Source of the DNA: Raillietiella orientalis
Taxonomy: Eukaryota
Reading direction: 5' to 3'
DNA: 64,000 nt
Assembly (NCBI GenBank): GCA_036172245.1
Contig: JAYWIR010000004.1
Span: 744,001-808,000 of the forward strand
Shown one piece after another: positions 26,472 through 38,782 of this stretch. Numbering within the stretch: position 1 is the stretch's first letter; the number at the start of each line of letters is the position of its first letter. The translations under genes and the position numbers were made by a program. The notes under the pieces are model-generated. The model was not told the DNA's origin and made no database searches. It saw only the letters and a list, made by a program, of their open reading frames with translations.

Positions 26472-27230
26472 GTGGACAGGGAAGAAAACCAGAGAGAGGA
26501 AGACTGGATGCAGGCAGCAGAGTCACCCGCGACCAATCCCGTCGACGCTGCCAATCGATATCGGGAGCCCTGCACGGGACAGTCAGAGAAGCAGAGGCGA
26601 CTGAATGGTGGAGAAGAAGAGCAGGGAAAAGAGGACAGCCTTTTTGCTCTTTCCCTTCCAGTGAGGTGTCATGAAAAGCGAAGGCTGCCGTGGAAGACGC
26701 CTTCCTCCTCCTCCTTCGGCGTGGCAAGGCAACGAAAGGTCCTATACCACAAGGACGCGCGATTCCTTACTCTCTGCTGCAGAATCCAGAGTGAATGTCT
26801 AGGGGGGAGGGCACTGTCTTCTAAGGAAGGCCAACAGAGGTCACAAGATCAGGATAAAATCCTCACCAAACAAGGTCGCCTGCTGGTGACGCAGAAATGT
26901 CCTCTGAGCTGGAGGACACCGCTCGAAGGGTCGTCAAGTGGACAGATGGATGAGAACACGAAAAGGATTGATGTTCAAGCTGCCTCCCTCATTCCCAGGA
27001 AACGCCACTCGCGAGTTATTAAGATGGGAAACTTGACCTTACTTTTCCTGTCCTAAAGCAGGAAATCATCTCCTCTCGCTGCCTGCTCATAGGAACGTCA
27101 TCGGACAACGCCACGAGAGCGAGAGAAAAGGAGGTTGGTAGCTGGCGCGCTGCGCACCTTCGTCCTCGTCCTCATGAGAGAAATCCATCAAATCTCCAGG
27201 CGGGATGCGGAGGAAACTTCTCATCCGGTC
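26472..27230 (+). pseudogene. Possible PMD-like fragment, convergent with LINE 3' end
   Basis: 'DLTFPVL' (~27035) parallels 'NFTSVIL'; junction sequence is homologous to 24715-24755. Confidence 0.3.
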
Positions 27231-27528
27231 ACCCCGGGATGTTTATTTTACAAAAATTAACCAGTTGGAAACTCAGTTGCCGACCAAAGACAAAGGAATT
27301 TCACGGGGAAACCTAAAAGCTGGGAATCGAAGATAAGGAACAATAAATGACAATAAACGAACAACAAATTGGGGAGGGTGAGGATGCATTGTTGGTTTAA
27401 TCCGTCCCTTCTAGGAAAGAATAAATCGGGAAAAGACCAGAAAGGGTGGAAGAAGACAAAAAGTAAATAAGCAGATAAATAAGGGAAGGGTGGAGACAGG
27501 GATTACCGGTGTCGGACGTTCCTTCTTT

Positions 27529-28990
27529 TTAGAGCCGGCGCTGTATGTCGTCGATCTCCGCCTTGACTACCACTTCCAGGGGGTGCCACCTAGCAGCTAT
27601 CCTCATATAGGCGGCTGCCATGTAGACGACCTTCCTTCGCTGAGCTCGCGTCATCAAGACATGGCGGGTCGTGACGACGGCGCGGACGTGACTCTCCATC
27701 TCGATCGCTGAACCAACCGCGAGAGTCCACCACGTCCGGCAGGTCACGGGCCGTGTTCTTCTGTTCGCTGGAGCGCCAAAGTCAGCCTTCGCCACAGTTC
27801 GTGGAGGCCCCTGCAATCCGATAGCAGGTGCGGGATCGACTCCGCCGACTCGCAACTGGCACAGTTCGGGAATTCAACCCCCCCGGAAACTCGGTGCCAT
27901 CGCTGGTTACACTGGAATCCCCAGTGGATGAAGAGCAGCATGGACTGTTTCCAGGAGAGGGGAAAAGCAGAAGTGTCCAGGCAATGGAAAGGGACCACAA
28001 GTTCTTCATGAACTAAACTCAAGAGTTCACTCCATTGATGGCGTTCGTCGTCGCCAAAGCACGTGGAGTGGCAGCATCGACCATCTCGCGCGTCTTCCAG
28101 TCGTCAAGGAGTTTGGTTCTTCCCTCGATGGTTCAGGAAAACTTCAACCCCAACCCCACTGGTCGGCTACTGTCGTCGCTTGCCCTGAGGGAAGACAGCG
28201 CTTCGGCAAGAGGTGTGGCGGCCAGAGAAGAATGCTCCGCCGCGTCCTGCGTCATCACCTCCAGTGGTCGAGGCAACAGATGTCGCAGGGGGCAAAGATC
28301 CTGAGGGCTCATTTCCTGGGATACAGCTTATGATACAACAGCTCCATCTTCTTAACAGCCAAGCATTGTGGTTAATCGGTCGGCATCCACAAATGGACTT
28401 CCACTAGAGAGGCGAGTTGCCTGAGGGGGAAGCCGAATCTCCACATCCTGTAACAGGTGCCCGGCAGCAACGAGAGCAGTCCTTCGCTGCCGGCGCATCT
28501 CCGGAGGATAATGCGCCGGCAGCGAATCACACAATGGGAAACTCCACAGCTTGGCACAGAGTATTTGGAGTTATTTGAAACTGCACTTGCATCCCGACTC
28601 GCTCCAGCATCACGATGCCTAAGACGACTTCCTGACGCGGAGCCGCCAAGTCCTTTCAGCAGATCTTGGACTTCGCTGGTCCTTACAATAGAGCGTTTCT
28701 CAACAAGCGTTGCTTCCGGAGTTTTGCGTAGTAGGGGGAGACAAACAAAAACCAGAGGGTAGATGGGAGGGGCCACAAATGTGTTCGAACTAACAACCCG
28801 TTCCGGCAAGCCGAACTTGCCATGGAGGAACGGGCTCAGGGACAACTCAGTCTTCTAAAGACTGTCTGACCACGCTTCGGCAGTACCGAAGACGTCCCAC
28901 GAAACACCAAGATAATTGAAGTACCTGCCCATGGGAATCCCCACGGGCGGATGAGAAGGTTTCCGACCAACCTAGGAGCCCTCCTCTAGG
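27529..28990 (-). mobile_element. LINE ORF2 3' part
   Basis: FNYLGVSW (~28910), KGLGG, and the same CCHC finger as the 23923 copy. Confidence 0.75.
27535..28597. repeat. Inverted repeat 2, right arm
   Basis: Reverse complement of 23348-24410. Confidence 0.97.
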
Positions 28991-29149
28991 AAGAGTGGGG
29001 ACAGTACTGACCCAAGTTCCTCGTGGGCTTCATGTGCCCGTCGCTCGCTTTTCCTCCTCGCCATGCTCTGGTCCTCGTCTTCGTCGTCACCCCTGTCTTC
29101 AGCTCTGCAAGGCTGTCGTCTCCATGCTTCGTAGAAGGCACGCACCGTG

Positions 29150-29800
29150 ACTCTGCGAAAGGGTCAGAGACGCCTTTGTCCTTCTTCTCGAGCTCTCTCT
29201 GTTTCCCCCATCAAGAGAATTCAGTCGAGGGGCTGTCTCCGCTGTCCTTACGTCCTTTCTGCGCCGCACCGGACGCATGCGGGAGCTAAAACTCGTACGG
29301 TTTCGCAGGGGACTCGGGAGGCTGGAACTGTGGCGCAGCTGCAGGGATTCCTTGCGGCCCCACCAGAGAGGGCAGCGTGGAGAAGCGGGGGTTCTGCGAG
29401 GGTGCGGCGGAATGCGACGGTGGAACATGACGGTGGAGCAGAGACAAAAACACACCTGCCGCTCCTTTCCTGGAGTAAGAGGATCGTTCGGCTTCCGGAA
29501 GGATTGTGATGACCTTCCTAGGGGGCAGAAGGAACCGCTGAGACGGAGGACTCCCCTTCCAGGTGTCTTCCCTAAGGCAGTCCTTGATCAGATGAGATGG
29601 AGTCTCCTTGGCCTCCGGTTCTTGCTGTCCTCACGAGGGCATGAGCAAGAGGGTAGGCGGCAGTCTATGAGGATTTTTTTCTCACCTTCCCTGGTGGCTT
29701 GATCTTACGCAACCTGGACAGGAAGCGGAAGCAACAAAGCAATCTTCCCTCCAAGCCGTGGAAGGAACAACCAGGATAACGAATAGAAGAGAGGGAAGCA
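29150..29800 (+). pseudogene. Possible PMD-like fragment
   Basis: 'GVFPKAVLDQMR' (cf. SWGSAVLA.LY). Confidence 0.28.
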
Positions 29801-30132
29801 CTCGAGTGGTCATTGGAGCCCTTCTGACTCGAAAGAGAGCCTGGAGGTGTTTTCGCCTTTAGACAACGGAAACTGAGAGTGTGCGTGGCCCGAGCTTACT
29901 GGGCATCCTTCGTCTAACAGTGGGAGCCAGAAGGAGAAGAAGGTGCGGTCCGCAACAGCTGAAAAGCGTGACAGCTCCTCAGCGAAGAAAAGGATCAGGT
30001 TGCAAGTCAAGGAGACGGGGGAGACTGGAGGAAAAGACAGAAATATCATCAAACGGTCTCTGCTGATTCTCGAAGATGGCTGGCTGGTGATCTGCACATT
30101 GCAGGGACAAACTGCATTCCTCAACTACCTCG

Positions 30133-32136
30133 TCAGCTACGTGTTCTGGACTTCCGTTTCTTGAAACCCTGCCTCTCCCAGATCTGCCGTCTGGAATTGG
30201 GCTGCCCCTGCAACGTTCTCAACTCCTGGGACAGGAGCGCCGGAGTTAGGTCCCTCAGGAACGAACAACAATCACGTGTACCACACGGAGAGCAGCTCTC
30301 TGTGGTCGTCCATGAGAACGGTACTGTCCTGGAAAGACGGCGCCGTTCCCTTGTGATGTAGCATGCTTTGATTATCAGGGTCGCACGCTTCGGGACCACA
30401 CCGAGTACCAGAAAGGTGAGCTTCCCCCTGTTAGTACTATCGAGAATGATCAGTGGGGGAAAAGGCCATGCAGCTCTTCTACGCTGACTCGGGGCGCCGT
30501 CACCAGCTGATTCGTGCCAGCTGCCCACAGGAGGGGGGGCTGGGAAATCGTCCCACGATCCTGGAACGGAAGCTGATGGTTTGACCGTGGAAGACTGACA
30601 GGTGTCCAGGGAAGTCCGGGGGAAGGGCAGCAGCGATGATCTCTCCGTCAGGGAATGCATGGGGGATGGTCTCGTGAACCATATCAAAGGTTGGAAGCGA
30701 CATTCGCTTTCCACGACTTGGAAAGCGGATGCCGTACCTTCCTTCCGCAAGGGGTTCTTTCACCTGGTTGGCCGGGAAACCCCACTCGCGCGGGTGCGAA
30801 ATGAGCGGAGGCGCAGCAGAGCGAGGGATCGGACTCATCTGGAAGCTCTTCTTTACCTCCCGAAATCAGAGAATGCCCACGGGTGTCGGTCCTCACTGGG
30901 CAGAGAACAGCGCACGCGTCCTCCGTTTTCGCACGAGAAGCGAAGAGCCCTTGCGTTCTCCGCGTCTCCTGGGGAGCCGAAGTGCACGTCCCGCAGCTAC
31001 AGCGTAAGAAGAAAGAACTCCCTTGTTCCTCCTTGTTCCCCCCCCCTCCCTCCATACTCATTCTCTGAATCCAGAAACGGTTCCCTGTCCGGAAGAAGTC
31101 CCGAAAATCAGAAGTCGACAAATGGAGAATCGCCAAGCTGACTTTGACGTGTTCCATCGATAAGCTCTTGCTCGGGATGCACGAAATGACCAAGATGTCC
31201 AGAAGCTCCAGGGCGAGACCGGAAACCCAAGAAGATGCAGGAGGATTCAAACGGAGGAGGCGGGCAGAAGGAGGTCTCTCGCGACGTCGCTTGCTGCCGA
31301 GGGTCGATCTGGGAGCTGCTTGCCTGAAGGGCGAGTCCTCAAGTCCCTGGAGACGCGCATCTTCAGCGTCCGGTCGATGGTCATCGGAAAGTCTGCCAAA
31401 CGTCAGAAGATGGCCGAGCCGTCGAAGGCCGGCGTTCGTCGGTGGCGCCTTCCAGACGCACTGCCTCTCTTCCTCTCTCGGGGACATAAGGGGAGGGAAG
31501 CAAAGTGTTCGCCCCCGCGCATAGGGAATTGCTTCCCACTCCTTTCCCTCAGGACCATGGCGCCCACTTCCCATCCCTCCTTGATGAACGACCCTCTAAA
31601 ACATCCGTGAGCGGCTGCGGCGGACGCGAATGAAGCTCCGCGCTGCAGTCCTCCGCCGCCGCGCATTCCTCGAGAGGTGACCTCGAGGGACACTGCCCAA
31701 CACCCACGCCCAGCAGCCACTGAGGCCGGTCCGCACCGCCGCCCTGCCTCAGAAGCACGCAGAGGAGCGCGCCCTTCCCGATCGAACCCACCCTCTCCCC
31801 AAAGGGATGGACTCCGAAACCAGGGCGGCCCGCCCTTCTTCGGAATGCCACACAGGGCTCTCGAGCCGATGTCGCCCCGCTGCCGGGCCGGACCTCGGAC
31901 GGAAAGGGATGGATCGTCTCTCGGAGAATCCTCGTTCCTGAGTCCAGAATAAGTTTATTCGCCGCCTTTTCCCGCAATTCCTCCTCGGGCAACGATCGCG
32001 TCGGGAAGGCGCTCCGCATAAATCGGAAGAACAATTGCCCGAGCATAACAATGCCTCTCGGAGGCGTTTCTAATGGAAACGCCTCCAAGAGCTCGCCTCG
32101 CTGTAATTGAATCGGGGATTGACATGCATAGTCCAC
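30133..32136 (-). pseudogene. PMD-like pseudogene
   Basis: GLEDSPFRQ, SLSMEHVKVSLAI (cf. TITLEDV..LLGL), CCSFLRDL, LQGQ.....IWER. Confidence 0.5.
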
Positions 32137-32949
32137 TTATTCAAGATATCATCCCTTTGATAGGCTGTCTCTCATAGGATCTCCTGTTCGCATCTCTGCC
32201 GAAACAGGGGCGATTTCCTTATTACCGGATCCCGTAATCACTCGGGGCCCAAAGAATCGTGGAGGCAGCGCTCATCAGCGTGTGGAACTTGCCGCATTAC
32301 TTATACTGGTAACAGTGTGCCTCTCCTCGCTTTTCACCTCGGCAGGGCCCCTCCGATGGTATCGGCAGCCCTGAGTGCTGCGGGCTGCTGCAGGGAGTGA
32401 AAGGTGGCGTCTATAAAGGAGCACGTCCGGGAAAACCTGGAAGGGTTGTTATCCGTGAGAACGACCAGTTCCGACAGGACAAGGAGGAAAGGAAGGGATT
32501 TGGCCGAAAGGTGCCTTCCTGGTGGTCCTCCTCTGCACATCGATCGACGCCCCCTTTAATTCCCTCGTCGCCTCTCCCTCGCCCGTTTCCGACTCCTCGG
32601 CCAAAATTTTGCAGGGGGCAGGAGCTCTTCGAGCTTTCTATGCTCCGACAGGATTGCCAGGTTTTTCTTTTCGAAACTTCGGCGGCGTGAATCTGACCCG
32701 GGAAGAGGGAAAGAGGGCAAAGGGAAGAGGGAAAACAAAGGATGGTTAATCTCATCGCTGCAACTTTGACAGCGCGACGAATCTTCGTCTCTTTGTCGCG
32801 CCCGCGTCGCCGAAGGGAGTCTGCAAAATGAAAATTCCAGTCCGAATGACCTGAGGATGCGCGGAACTTGGATCCCCTTGGATTGACCTTGTCCGATCCG
32901 AGAGCATCGGTTAGTTTTTATGCGCCTCGCTCTGACGTATCAGGAATAC

Positions 32950-33630
32950 CCTTGCTCAGATCTAGGTGATGCTCCCCACAGCAAAGAGCCTCTAAGAAGC
33001 ATGGGACCTCAAAGAAGCTTCGAAGGAGCTTATATCTTTTCCTAACGCCGCCGTCCATCCGCATTCGTGATGCCGGGAGGAGGAGGAGGAGGAGGAGAAG
33101 AAGGGGGTTGGAAGGGAGAGGAAAGAGCAGCCCATTCATCCGAATCGTAGCCATGGTCTTCTCTTGATGGATCGCTTGCTCCTCGAAGAAGAATTCGTTC
33201 CAGCGCTAACGATATGGAAATTCTTGATACAACAGGCTGCGCAGAAGGAGCAGCAGCAAGTGGAGCGCGACTGTAGAGGAGGACTCGGAATGTTCAAAAA
33301 ATGCAAAAACCTCTCGGAGCAGAGAACTCCTTTCCAGATTCACGAGCGAAGGGTCCATGGAGAATCCTCAGCGAACGAGATGGGAAACCAGCCCGAGACG
33401 ATGGATGGCTGAGACCATCAAGTGATGCCAAGACGAGGTGCGTCTCTTCTGGAGCGGAGGTTCGTCTCCGGGTATCATGCGACCAAGCGAACAGAGGCAT
33501 CCCGACGGAGCAGCTTGGATCAGATCTCCAGGGTGACGAAGAATGGACCCTGATCCTCCGTGGCCGCGGATGGTGCGTCCCTACACCATACGTGGGTACG
33601 AGGACGCGGCTTCACGGAAAACCGAGTTGA
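32950..33630 (+). mobile_element. LINE ORF2 remnant interrupted by repeat 1 right arm
   Basis: 'RGGLGM' in ORF 33164..33412. Confidence 0.35.
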
Positions 33631-34626
33631 ACTGGAGGAGGTCCAGTGCGCAACCGCAGGAAGCAGTGAGGTCAGAGTAGGTGGCCGTGAGGGCGCATAC
33701 CTGGTCAGGACAGCCAATCTGAATGTGTAAAACACACTGCGGAGTCATTTGGTAATTCGGGACGCGACGCACGGAGTGGGCGACCATGGACCGCGGAGGC
33801 TGCATTGCTATCCCCTATTCTCCCGAGAAAGAGAAATCATGTCGCTGTACCAAACGAACGTTGCCCATTCCGAAGCACACCGTTAGCGTTGAAAAAGACG
33901 CACGATAGATGTATTCACGCTTGTGCTTTGCGAGATCTACCGGAAGGTTCAGCCAACCACATCCACCATCTTCACCGTCCGGCAGCGGTCGCCTCCCTAT
34001 CAGCCCCCTCTAGGAGTTGCGGAGGTCTCGCGAAGGTCTCCATATCTCAGCTGGTGCTCAGACCGCGCGCTGCGGTGGATTTCTCCGGCGGAGCAGCGTA
34101 TGCTGGAGCGCACGCCTTTTTCCTTCCTCACGTGCCCCACCCCTCGCCTACGGATCTTCGATCCTCTTCGCTCTTGTTTGTTGGCTGGACCTCACGAAGA
34201 CCTCTCCGACGGACGCTGACGCTCCGTCATCTGCCGAGTGGAGTGCGGACACGCTCGTTTCCTGCTGCCAGCCCGCCTGCTTCAGCGCAAGAAGATTCGT
34301 AGGGGCAGCCGATGGCCACTGTCGTTGCATCTCCATCGCCCTGGAGATCCGACCTCGATTTCCAAACTGCTCCGGCTCCCATTCTGCCTGCGCAGCGCTC
34401 TTCATCCGCGCTCCAGTTAGAGTCGCGTTCACCGATTCCCGTCAGGGATGCAGTCGTTTCAAGGAACTCCTTCCATCCCAGATATCTTCTGCACGCACGG
34501 CGAGCGTCATTGCCTGTGGGCCTAGCCCTCAGAGGTGCGTGAGCTGAGTTGCGCTACGTGAGCCGATTCCTAGTCAAAGAGTTGTCTATCGAAGGCGAAG
34601 ATGCCATTCCTTGGCCTTCCCTCGGT
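33631..34626. repeat. Inverted repeat 1, right arm (partial PMD-like copy on + strand)
   Basis: Reverse complement of 10349-11343. Confidence 0.97.
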
Positions 34627-34799
34627 CTGAATGGGATTGCTCGATGCTTCCTTGAGCAAGATTTTGCGTAGGCTGGAAGTGATTTTTATCCTCATTTGCT
34701 GATTAAAAATTCTGGGTTAGTTCCCTTGAAGATCTATCACCCCCACTCTTGTCGCAGAGCCGGAGTGCTCCACAAGTCATTTCTGAGTCTCTTCTCTGT

Positions 34800-35460
34800 A
34801 AATTCTTACATAAATGCTCCAAACTTTCATTGATTATTGGTGAGCCCAGTCTCTTCTTTACTGCCGTTCACAATGTTTTTCAGAACCTCTGCATCGCTTG
34901 ATTCAGTTAGCTCAAAACTGTCTAAGGCGAAAAGGAGGGCCTCGGGTGCATTCTCATGGACGGGACACTTCCTTCAGAGACCAGCACACACGCAGAGGTT
35001 ATCTGCCTTGCTTGGTAGATTCAAGCACTTTTTCAGGAGTTGCCTTATAACGTTGCTCAGGAACTTCCAATCTGCTTTCCTGAATGTCTCCAAACGTTGC
35101 TTGCATGGAGGCTGGCAGAGAATAATGTTCTCATGGAATCTATTTTTACTTACGAGGACCGCGTGCGACTCATCATGATTACTTTGGTCAAGATTTGCTG
35201 TCGGATGGCTTCGATGAGCAATAGGAACAAATCCAGGCCAAATGGCTTCCTTTGATGTTTGCATGCATCACTGTATCCAAGGTTTGGGATGTCCTTCCTA
35301 CCAATTTGAAGTGCAGCTTCTTTTCCCCTTTTAGTATTCTTGCTTTGAAGTCGGACGGCATGCACCTCATGGAGTTTATGGAACACCCAGCTTTCGTAAG
35401 TAGTTCTTGTGACATTTGAAGACTCCCATAAAGCAGGTTTTCGGTTTCCATGATAAGCAC
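34800..35460 (-). pseudogene. Degenerate PMD-like ORF
   Basis: 'LLTKAGC...KKLHFKLVGRTSQTLDTV' (cf. L..AGF...TFHF..GE.TITLEDV). Confidence 0.45.
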
Positions 35461-37595
35461 CAGATCATCGGCAGTGTGAGATCCTGCAGTTTCAGCCCCA
35501 GGGAACTCTGCTAGTGTTGGGAGAGTTCGATTTCTCGATCAACGAGCAGAGAACTCATTGGTCACCTCTGCTCCACAATCTTGAGGATGTTTCTTGTAGT
35601 TTGCAATTCGGCTTGTATGACAAAGATGGACGCATTCTCGTACGGATATCCTATTTTCATTTAGCAGATTTCTCCCATATTGCCTTCTCAAAGTGCATCA
35701 CTCAGTAGTTTGTGCAGCATTCCGACAAAAGCATTTGCTAGGTTTGCACCTGTATTGAAGATGTGTTATGAGACCCTCCTTGGGTCGTGCAGTCTACTCT
35801 GAATCCAGGAGTTTTGTTCGAAGACTTCATCTTTCAGGAGTTCTTTCCTCTGAGTTCAAATGGCCTGATTACCAATGCATTCTTGCAGCCTTCGCGAGAG
35901 GCATCTTGTATGTAGGCGATGAGAGCAGTCACCTATGGACATTGGTCTCGATCCACTAACTTCTGTTTCTCAAGATTATTTGGGAAATATTGACATCTTT
36001 GATTGCTTCCACTCACGTGCGCTCTCTTCATCCGGGAGCATATGTTGAAGCCGAAGGTGAGAGTTGCCCCTTTGGACCGACCGACTCCATCCTGGGGCGT
36101 TAATCCATCCGATCCTGGAACTGAATTTGCCCGCCTTGTACGTCACTGTGGCTACTTCTCTCTTCTAAGAGCGTGAGAATCCGATCCAAATCTTGATGTT
36201 TGAGGGGACGGAGAAGGCATTTTTGCTTCAGAAGCATTTTCAAAGTAATCAATTTTTTTTATGAGTATTATGCGTTGCGCGTTCTGTTTGTCCGGTAATC
36301 ACTCTCATAGGTCTTCGTTTGATACGGTGCGATGCCTGAATCTCATGTTTAATCTTTAAATCCACTAGTTCCTTGCTTGCCATCATTCTTGGTAGGATTT
36401 ACTTCCAGCTGCTCTCGAACCTCTTAAATCGGAAGAAATCTACTTCATAACTGCCTAAGCGTAGCTCCTCCGCGTTGCATATTCCCGAAAATTTTTTCTT
36501 CTCTCCTGCAAGCTTATCAAAGAGTCCTCAACCTCCATACTTCACTTTGCTTTGTCCGCTTTAGGTTTTTCCACAGCACCTGGTTTTGCTATGGCCTGGA
36601 TTTTCAATCTCCTGCTTCCGTTGCTTTCCCATAATTCCCTTAGTTTTCTCTTCCGTGACGTCAATGTGGAGTTAGTCTTTCAAATGATTGGCACACTTCG
36701 TTTATCCTATTCACAGGGGTTCCTTGTTGCCTTTCCTCGTGTTCGACGTTTTCCAGCTCCTCTCTCTGAGGGCTGATGTCCAGAAGAAGAACATGCAATG
36801 CCTCTCGCAAACTAAGAGCCATTTCCATAGCCTCAATCTGAGATGGATATATCGACCATGTTCCACATGATCTCATTCATGGTTCCCCTTCTCCATTTCA
36901 TTAAAACCTTGGAAAGAGGTATTTTCCATTGCCTACATTGCATGGATAGTATTTCCTATACTCTACCCGTCTACCGAGTCCTGAGAAGTGGTTGAGTGCT
37001 CCACAGATGATGAAACAGCGTCTTTGACCTCTGATCCTTCTTTAGGCGCCAGTGAGTGCACATTATCAATCTCAACTTTGCTGGTAGAGGTGATACTGCA
37101 CTCGGGACTATTGCAATTGTATTCTAGCTGAGCCCATCATAGTAGCTGGCATTGATCCGTTCTCCCTATTGGACCCGCATGCATGACTGGAGTAATAAAG
37201 TAAACTCTTTCACCAGTAATAAACATTCCACATATTCCACACATAATGTTTTCTTATTTTATTCACATTACGCGTATTGAAACGACTCTTTACATTTCTC
37301 TCCCTGGGCCGTTCACATCCGCACGTTTTGAACTGGAATGGCAGGTTCCGAACGACTAGGCCAGCGGCGAGGATAGAAATCAAAGAGGAAGACGCGCGGA
37401 CAAAGGAAGATCTTGGCCAGCTAACGATGAATACCCGGAATGGACGTAGCCGCGATGTGACCTCTATCCTGAGAAGAGAGAAGAGAGAGCCGCGTCATGG
37501 CACTGGGTGCATGCCATCCGCTCGGGACCAGACCTGCAGCGTATAAGAGGGCTCACGCGAGGATAGAGGAAGAGTATTGAAACCATGTCATCTCC

Positions 37596-38700
37596 CTACT
37601 GCTCTCCGGAATTCAAGAGTCGGTTCTCATAACTGCCGCCCATTGGTTGGAATCCAGGGATTTCGAAGACGATTACGCCTTGCATGAACGGGAAATTCCA
37701 AGGACGTCTGAGGATTAGCTCAGTGACGTCATGGCATCTTCCAGGATCCCACACGACAGATACGTCTACCGGAACCTTTTCTTCAGCCAGACCAGCCATG
37801 GAATTGTTTATTCCACTCGAAACACACAAAAAGGAATTCAATAATCGAGCTTGCCTTCTACTCCTTTTCCTCCTTCTGGGCTTTGCTGATATGGGCACCC
37901 TTTCCCAGTGTCGTTCCAGAACCCACGTCTGGAAACATCCTCGGTTACTCTCATTGCATCCCGCGTATTTATCCGTGAGGTGAGCCAAGACACCTTTTAT
38001 TTGACAGTTGGCCCGGGATGATGGAAATCCTTTTGGATTCTTCTATTCTAGCTGTTTTACTTCCAGCTCGCCAAGTGCTGAAGAACCGTTCGCCTCCTTG
38101 GGAGGGCAAACTCACGAAAGTCTTTAACACAGTCCACGCTATCCGATAATGAGTGGAACTCTTCAAATTAAGGGGTAACCCAATAGGATCATCCCATGAA
38201 TCCTGGAAGGCTCAAAATAGGAAGGAGTCCGTTCCTCTTGCGCTTGGTAGCGAAACCCTGGAGCAAACCCTTGTCTCTGAAGGGAACGCGGAAAGAATCC
38301 ACTCCTGGAATGTCCTCTCCAGAGAAAACCTGCAAAGGAACCGTTCACCGTTTCTCAGAAGAAAACCCCGAAGGGACGCTTCTAAATTTCTCCGGAGGTC
38401 GTTCCCTAAGGGAGCAGCGCGCTTCTTGAAACTCTGAAGAGGCCTTTTCCCTCGGGGGATATCAACCATCTCCATGGTACTCTATGGAGGGCTCCCCCCT
38501 GAGGAGGAGAGGACAGCTTCATTTTTACAACCGGAGAGGAACTCAGAGGAAGCCGGTTACTTGCTTCCTGGAAGGATGCACTTCCCATCCCGTCTAGTCA
38601 ACGGGGGATGCGGTTTCCGGATTACACCGAAGCCTATAGATCAACCAGAGTCGTCATCCTGGGGGAGGGAACTCAAAATCCATGACGCGCTTATTTCTTG
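37596..38700 (-). pseudogene. PMD-like pseudogene
   Basis: WLIYRL, YRIAWTVL...LP, IKGVLAHL, GCFQTWVLERHWERVP (cf. GC..LLQ.WAWER.P). Confidence 0.55.
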
Positions 38701-38709
38701 ATATGGATC

Positions 38710-38782
38710 CTTCGCATTGGATTCAAACCCGCAACGTTCGGTGACACGCACGAGGGCCTCAGCCACACGGCCACCAACCAGG
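38710..38782 (-). other. tRNA-derived (SINE-like) head or tRNA pseudogene
   Basis: TGGCCGTGTGGCTGAGGC (A-box/D-arm like) and GGTTTGAATCC (B-box like) at tRNA spacing; acceptor and T stems do not pair. Confidence 0.5.

Noticed and set aside
10349..34626. Repeat 1 as terminal inverted repeats of a 24 kb DNA transposon
   Set aside because: Arms are internal pseudogene sequence, the left arm continues into its gene, and no TSD or transposase is seen
38710..38782. Functional tRNA gene
   Set aside because: Acceptor and T stems do not pair and the anticodon is ambiguous
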